Below, piece after piece: positions 58,508 to 64,000 of a stretch of 64,000 nt of DNA. Position 1 is the first letter of the stretch, and every line of letters begins with the position of its first letter. The DNA is taken from contig JAQBUT010000001.1 in NCBI GenBank assembly GCA_027623195.1, forward strand, positions 32,001 through 96,000. Direction: 5' to 3'. The notes beneath the pieces were generated by a model. That model searched no databases, was not told where the DNA came from, and was given only the letters and a program-made list of their open reading frames with translations. The position numbers and the translations under genes are program-made. This DNA comes from Chloroflexota bacterium. Lineage in GTDB: Bacteria > Chloroflexota > Dehalococcoidia > Lucifugimonadales > JADFKI01.

Positions 58508-60043
58508 ATGCCGTCTTCACTGGTTCGAGGCAAGTACGTAGTTTGCAAGGTCAACGACGATAGCAGCAGTCATGTCATTGAGGACGGGGCAGTATACCAG
58601 CGGGACGGGGAGATACTGGACATTGGGTCCTACGCCGACCTCAAGGCTAGGCACAACGCCGATGAGGAGATAGGTTCGTCCAACTTCGCCGTCATCCCTG
58701 GCCTGATCAACGCCCACCACCACGTTGGCCTGACGCCGTTTCAACTAGGCGCGCTGGACGCACCACTGGAGACCTGGATCGTCGCTCGCTGGGCCTTGCG
58801 GGATGTGGACCCGTACCTGGACACGCTCTACTGCGCCATGCAGATGATCGAGTCGGGCATCACCACCGTCATGCACAACCAGATGATGGCCCGCCTTCCC
58901 AACGACGAGGGCCTGTTCGATTCCAGCGCCCGCATTATCGACGCATACCAGGACTCCGGCATGCGAGTGGCCTTCTCGCTATCGCACCGCGATCAGAACC
59001 ATCTGGTCTACGAGGACGACGAGCGATTCTTCAATACGCTGCCCGAATCCCTGGCATCCGGCGTACGCGATTACCTGGGCGGACGACCGATCTCCATGGA
59101 AGACCACCTGTCCGTCACAGCCGAGCTTCTGGATAAGAAGCAGTCGGACCGAACCCGAGTCTTTATCAGTCCCCATAACGTGCACTGGTGCTCAGACTCC
59201 ATGTTGCGGGAGATCAAGAACTTCGCCACGCGACACTCCACGGGAATTCACATACACCTGCAAGAGACGGTCTACCAGAAGATGTACGGCACCCGCAACT
59301 GGCAGAAGACCCCGCTTGCGCATCTATACGACCTTGGGTTCCTCGGGCCTGAGGTTTCCTGCGCTCACGGAGTGTGGGTGACGGAGTCGGACATGGACAT
59401 CCTGGCGGAGACAGGGACGGCCATCTGTCACAACCCAAGCTCCAACCTGCGTCTGAAGAGCGGGGTAGCCCCGGTGAACCGCATGCTGGAAAAGGGCGTC
59501 ACAGTGGCGCTCGGAATAGATGAGGCGGGCCTCAACGACGACAACGATATCCTGCAAGAGATGCGGGTGGCGCAGAAGGTGCACCGCGTCCCAGGCGTGA
59601 CCAGCGCAAGCCCAAGCTCCCACCGCATCCTGGACATGACCACGGTGAACGGTGCCAAAGTAACCTTCTTCGGTAACGAGGTTGGCACGCTGGAAATAGG
59701 CAAGCGTGCAGATATAGTGCTGGTGGACCTGGAACGAATTCAAGAGCCCTATCTGGATCCGGGCACAAACATCGTCGACGCTCTGGTATACAGGGGCAAA
59801 GGCATCGACGTGAACACAGTCATTGTGGATGGCGAGGTGATTATGCGAGACCGAAAGATAACCCGCGTGAAAAAGGAAGAGATTTCGGCCAAGCTAAAGG
59901 AATCTCTAAGCAGACCCCTCACTGCGGGCGAGCTAAATCGTACCGGCCTCAGCAAGGAACTCCTGCCTCACATTCAGCGCTGGTTCGAAGGCTGGGAGCT
60001 GGAGGTCGGTGCGCCCCACTACCACTACAACGAGCGAGGGTGA
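58508..60043 (+). CDS. Amidohydrolase (SAH deaminase/chlorohydrolase family)
   Basis: PGLINAHHH, HIHLQE, AHGVW, HNPSSNLRL, GID. Confidence 0.9.
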   Translation: MPSSLVRGKYVVCKVNDDSSSHVIEDGAVYQRDGEILDIGSYADLKARHNADEEIGSSNFAVIPGLINAHHHVGLTPFQLGALDAPLETWIVARWALRDVDPYLDTLYCAMQMIESGITTVMHNQMMARLPNDEGLFDSSARIIDAYQDSGMRVAFSLSHRDQNHLVYEDDERFFNTLPESLASGVRDYLGGRPISMEDHLSVTAELLDKKQSDRTRVFISPHNVHWCSDSMLREIKNFATRHSTGIHIHLQETVYQKMYGTRNWQKTPLAHLYDLGFLGPEVSCAHGVWVTESDMDILAETGTAICHNPSSNLRLKSGVAPVNRMLEKGVTVALGIDEAGLNDDNDILQEMRVAQKVHRVPGVTSASPSSHRILDMTTVNGAKVTFFGNEVGTLEIGKRADIVLVDLERIQEPYLDPGTNIVDALVYRGKGIDVNTVIVDGEVIMRDRKITRVKKEEISAKLKESLSRPLTAGELNRTGLSKELLPHIQRWFEGWELEVGAPHYHYNERG

Positions 60044-60168
60044 ACCTTGCTACGTCACTGCTGCTTGACGCACCGCTGGTAACATTCGATAATCGCCTCC
60101 AACGAGCATACGAAGCCATGGCTTGATCACTTCTTAACTACACCACTCATGCAAATCGGGAGGCGTTT

Positions 60169-61380
60169 ATGACACAGCAGGCAGACGCAAAAAACATCAG
60201 GCTGATATCCCAGCACCAGCTGGACGGATTCGGCAACGGCGGCGAGGGCCTGGCCCTACAAAAGACCGCCGATGGCCGGCGCATCATGTACGTTGCACAC
60301 GAGTGCGCTCCCAAGGACTTCACGGCGGTGGACGTCACCGACCCCAAGAACCCGTTCACGGTTGTGCAGACAGACCTCCCCCACAGCGACGTCCGGTCCA
60401 ATTCTCTGGACCTCGTTGGCGACATACTGCTGGTGGCGTATCAGACGGTCCGGCCCGGCCTTAAACCGGCAGGCATGGGAATCTACGATGTCAGCGACCC
60501 GGCCAATCCCAAGCAGATTTCCTTCTTCGACACGTCGGGGCCACACTCACGTGGCGCGCACTGCCTGTGGTACGTTGACGGCCACTACGCCCACCTGACC
60601 ACCGGCGCAGCAGACTTCGAGCCCCACAACCAGCTAGATGACCAGTTCCACATGATCGTGGACGTTAGCGATCCCGCCAATCCTCGGGAGGTCGGCCGCT
60701 GGTGGCTGCCAGGAACCCGCAAGGGCGATGCCGAGGCCCCGCCCGTAAGGCACACGCTCAAGGACACCGGCTTCCGTTTGCATAACGTCAACATCTACCC
60801 GGACCATCCTGACAGGGCTTACCTGGGGTACATAGACGGCGGAGCGATCATCCTGGACACGTCCGACTTCAGCAACATCAAGATGATCAGCCGTCTGGAC
60901 TACCATCCTCCAATGCCGGGGTTCAGCCACACTATGCTGCCGCTGTTCGAACGAGGACTCGCTATTGTCAGTGATGAGGCTATTACAGAGGACCTGAGCG
61001 ATCACCCCAAGCTCAGTTGGGTTTTGGACATTCGCGACGAGACCAATCCCATTATCATCAGCACGTTACCTATGCCTCCTGTAGAGGATTTTGGTCATCG
61101 GCCAGGACGCTTCGGCGCGCACAATCTTCACGAGAACCGACCTGGAGACAATTCCTGGTTCTCGGACACCATCATCGTAGGAGCCTACTTCAACGCGGGC
61201 ATCCGAGTCCACGACATCACCGACCCGTTCCGACCAGAGGAGATTGCCTACTACGTACCGCCTGCGTCCGACCCAGAGAAGGGCATCAATATCAACGACG
61301 TTTTCATAGACGAGAACAGGCTGCTTTATGCCATCGACAGGTTCAAGGGCGGCCTCTACATCCTCGAAATGGATATTTAA
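60169..61380 (+). CDS. LVIVD-repeat beta-propeller protein
   Basis: Repeated VDV[ST]DP.NP units; FGAHN. Confidence 0.85.
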   Translation: MTQQADAKNIRLISQHQLDGFGNGGEGLALQKTADGRRIMYVAHECAPKDFTAVDVTDPKNPFTVVQTDLPHSDVRSNSLDLVGDILLVAYQTVRPGLKPAGMGIYDVSDPANPKQISFFDTSGPHSRGAHCLWYVDGHYAHLTTGAADFEPHNQLDDQFHMIVDVSDPANPREVGRWWLPGTRKGDAEAPPVRHTLKDTGFRLHNVNIYPDHPDRAYLGYIDGGAIILDTSDFSNIKMISRLDYHPPMPGFSHTMLPLFERGLAIVSDEAITEDLSDHPKLSWVLDIRDETNPIIISTLPMPPVEDFGHRPGRFGAHNLHENRPGDNSWFSDTIIVGAYFNAGIRVHDITDPFRPEEIAYYVPPASDPEKGININDVFIDENRLLYAIDRFKGGLYILEMDI

Positions 61381-61409
61381 GAACCAGGCTAGGGGATACT
61401 GCAAAGCAA

Positions 61410-61447
61410 AAGAGCCGGACCGCTTTCTAATTTGCGGTCCGGCTCTT
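61410..61447. terminator. Bidirectional intrinsic terminator
   Basis: AAGAGCCGGACCGC-loop-GCGGTCCGGCTCTT, 14-bp stem between convergent genes. Confidence 0.85.
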
Positions 61448-61470
61448 GTCTTCCTAACTAGATACAGAAA

Positions 61471-62520
61471 CTAAAGGGCCAATTTCTCCGCTAGCCCGTA
61501 CTCATCCGCCAACGCCTTCAGCTTGTCCCACGTCGAGTCCTCCACGGCTATGCCTTCCTGAAGCAACCTCTTCTCCTTCAGGTGCTCCAGCTCTCCTGGA
61601 TAGAAGACCTCAGAAAAGCCCTTTGCAGTCGGCGTCTCCTTGAGGTACTGGGCAAACTCGGTGACCTCTTTCTTGAAGTCTGCCAGGTCCCTGAACGCGT
61701 CCACTTTGAAGGCAGCCATGAAGCAGCCGTCGTTATGCCTTCCTGAGGGATCGTGTCCAAAACCCAGGCCGGTGAGTATGCCCGAAAATATCTCGATCAT
61801 CACGGCCAGACCGTAGCCCTTGTGGCCCTCTGCGCCTCCCAACGGCAGCACCGCACCGCCGTTTCGCAGGTCGCTGGGGTCAGTAGACGGGTTGCCGTCC
61901 TTATCGATGATCCATCCTTCTGGGACTGACGTACCTCTGGCAACGGCTACGCCTAATTTGCCTGCTGCCACAGCGCTGGTGGCCATATCGATGAACATTG
62001 GCCCTTCCAGGTTACTGGGCATGGATATGCAGATTGGGTTTGTGCCCAGTCTGGCCTCGCGGCCCCCAAAAGGCACTACGCCTTTGGCAGAGCGACCCGA
62101 GTCTGCGGTCATCATGCCAATCAATCCCTCGCTGGAGGCCATGATGGGGTAGTCTGCCACACGGCCTACGTGGCTCTGCCTGAAGACAGTAGCGGCCGCA
62201 ACGCCGTGTTCCTGGGCCTTTGCCATTGTTGTCTTCATTGCCCGCTCGGAAACGACGTAGCCGTAGCCCCAGTGCCCGTCAACGACAGTCGTTGTGGAGC
62301 TCTCCCTGACGACTTCGTACTCGGCTCCGGGCACGATATGACCACGCTTCACCCGGTCTATGTATGTGGGAATCTGGATTATGCCGTGGGAGTCGTGTCC
62401 CGCGAGGTTCGCACCGATTGAGTGGCGAGCTACTATAGCTGCCTCTTCTTCAGTGGCGCCCGCTCCCATTAGTAGTTGGGCTGCAATCTCTTTTAGCCTA
62501 TCTGCCTGAACTGTGGGCAT
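61471..62520 (-). CDS. Ldh_2 family (malate/L-lactate/ureidoglycolate dehydrogenase-like) oxidoreductase
   Basis: GHDSHG, HVGR, GTNPI, DMATS, GHKGYGL, YPGE. Confidence 0.92.
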   Translation of the reverse strand: MPTVQADRLKEIAAQLLMGAGATEEEAAIVARHSIGANLAGHDSHGIIQIPTYIDRVKRGHIVPGAEYEVVRESSTTTVVDGHWGYGYVVSERAMKTTMAKAQEHGVAAATVFRQSHVGRVADYPIMASSEGLIGMMTADSGRSAKGVVPFGGREARLGTNPICISMPSNLEGPMFIDMATSAVAAGKLGVAVARGTSVPEGWIIDKDGNPSTDPSDLRNGGAVLPLGGAEGHKGYGLAVMIEIFSGILTGLGFGHDPSGRHNDGCFMAAFKVDAFRDLADFKKEVTEFAQYLKETPTAKGFSEVFYPGELEHLKEKRLLQEGIAVEDSTWDKLKALADEYGLAEKLAL

Positions 62521-62589
62521 TGCTTCCTCCTGAATTTTGCGATTTCTGAAACGCTCCGGAAAAGTAATCGATTATTAGACCGGACAATC

Positions 62590-64000
62590 CTACTCGTCGT
62601 CCCAATCCATGGCCCTATCCACTGCGCGAGACCACCTTCTGCAAAGGCCGTCTCGTATTTCGTCCGTCATCTCTGGCTCGTAGCGCATGCCGGCCGACCA
62701 CAGGCTTTCAATCTCCTTCTGGCTGTGCCAAAAGCCGACGGCGAGTCCAGCCAGAAAGGCCGCGCCCAAGGCTGTGGTCTCCATCACTTGAGAGCGTTCC
62801 AAGGGCATTTCCAAGATATCGGCCTGGAACTGCATCATTAGATCGTTTGCCGTGCCGCCGCCGTCCACCCGAAGCAGAGCGATATCCAATCCCGCATCGC
62901 TCTTCATGGCCTCTACAACATCGCGAACCTGATACGCCGTAGACTCCAGCGCGGCGCGGGCGAAGTGGCCTTGATTTGTGCCTCTGGTGATTCCCAGGAT
63001 GGCCCCGCGAGCGTACATATCCCAGTGGGGCGCGCCCAACCCCGTAAAGGCGGGAACGATGTATAGGCCGCCATTGTCTTCTACAGACCGTGCCAGTTTC
63101 TCCACTTCAGATGCTGAATCAATCATGTGAAGCTCATCTCGCAGCCACTGTACCGTGGCTCCGGTGGAGAAGATACTCCCCTCCAGGGCATATGTCACCT
63201 TACCGTCAATGCTCCACGCAGGCGTGGTGATTAACCCGTGCTCGGAGACGGTACGCCTGTCGCCCGTGTTCATCAGCACGAACGACCCTGTGCCATAGGT
63301 GTTCTTCGTCATCCCTGGACGGAAGCAGGCCTGACCGAACAGAGCCGCATGCTGGTCGCCCGCCATGCCCGCGATTGGTATGCTCTGACCACCAAAGTAG
63401 TTTCCACTAGCGTGTCCAAATATCTCACTGGAGGAGCGTACCTCCGGCAGCACCGCCCTGGGAATGTCCAGCTCCGAAAGAAGGTCGTCGTCCCATTCCA
63501 GCGTGTTGATGTTGTAGAGCATGGTACGTGCGGCATTGGTAACGTCAGTGGCGTGTACCGTGCCGTTGGTCAGGTTCCAAAGCAACCAGCTATCCACGGT
63601 GCCAAAGGCCAACTCTCCGGCCTCAGCCCTGCGCTGGCCCTCCGGAATGTTGTCTAGAATCCAACGGACTTTGGTGCCGGAGAAGTACGCGTCGATTGGT
63701 AGTCCTGTCTTGTCACGAACATCTTCCTCCAGGCCTTGTGCCTTTAGCGCGTCGCAAAGAGGGGCCGTCCGGCGGCACTGCCACACAACCGCATTGGATA
63801 AAGCCGTTCCTGTACGACGGTCCCAAACAAGAGCCGTCTCTCTCTGATTAGTAATTCCGATGCCCTGTATCTGGCCAACAGAGACTTCGGTCTCCTCAAG
63901 AAGCTCCTCTACGACAGCCATACACGACCCGAAAAGCTCCTCAGGATTGTGCTCCACCCAACCAGGGTGGGGGTAAATCTGCTCGATTTCCTGGTACGTG
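62590..64000 (-). CDS. glpK: Glycerol kinase, 5'-partial
   Basis: PGWVEH, GITNQRET, YFSGTK, GDQHAALFGQ, KNTYGTG, GLGAPHWD. Confidence 0.96.
   Translation of the reverse strand, partial: TYQEIEQIYPHPGWVEHNPEELFGSCMAVVEELLEETEVSVGQIQGIGITNQRETALVWDRRTGTALSNAVVWQCRRTAPLCDALKAQGLEEDVRDKTGLPIDAYFSGTKVRWILDNIPEGQRRAEAGELAFGTVDSWLLWNLTNGTVHATDVTNAARTMLYNINTLEWDDDLLSELDIPRAVLPEVRSSSEIFGHASGNYFGGQSIPIAGMAGDQHAALFGQACFRPGMTKNTYGTGSFVLMNTGDRRTVSEHGLITTPAWSIDGKVTYALEGSIFSTGATVQWLRDELHMIDSASEVEKLARSVEDNGGLYIVPAFTGLGAPHWDMYARGAILGITRGTNQGHFARAALESTAYQVRDVVEAMKSDAGLDIALLRVDGGGTANDLMMQFQADILEMPLERSQVMETTALGAAFLAGLAVGFWHSQKEIESLWSAGMRYEPEMTDEIRDGLCRRWSRAVDRAMDWDDE

Noticed and set aside
1..64000. Genome-wide TGA reassignment; CRISPR arrays, rRNA, prophage or intact IS elements
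   Set aside because: TGA ends several complete genes (e.g. 3793, 50040, 60043) and Trp is TGG; no repeat-spacer arrays or hallmark genes were seen by eye.

Overview
64 kb of bacterial chromosome, mostly GC-rich. Gene content and style suggest Chloroflexota, probably Dehalococcoidia/SAR202-like; this is an inference, not a search result. Most of the window is ordinary metabolism: tandem DSD1-type PLP enzymes, SDR, acyl-CoA dehydrogenase, ggt, ROK kinase, amidohydrolases, TPP riboswitch-thiG-thiE-thiS, cysH, tRNA-Glu, argC, nth, T-box-leuS, solA, leuB, a USP/GNAT cluster, panE, an M14 peptidase and glpK. Three signals stand out. (1) A thiolase-like gene next to a DUF35 gene (4668-5822, minus strand) is broken only by two in-frame TGA codons. 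One sits at the conserved YD-C-Y/F cysteine, the other in the C-terminal active-site loop, and each is followed by a SECIS-like hairpin, making it a candidate double-selenocysteine thiolase-fold enzyme. (2) Upstream of cysH are a near-consensus promoter, a nearly leaderless Cys-rich short ORF and an intrinsic terminator: a candidate cysteine-sensing attenuator. (3) An AT-richer island between leuS and solA holds an 81-bp diverged duplicate of the solA 3' end, a truncated DUF5131 gene and a split ABC-type ATPase with a partner gene (defence-like). All product calls come from recognising motifs by eye; no database search was run.
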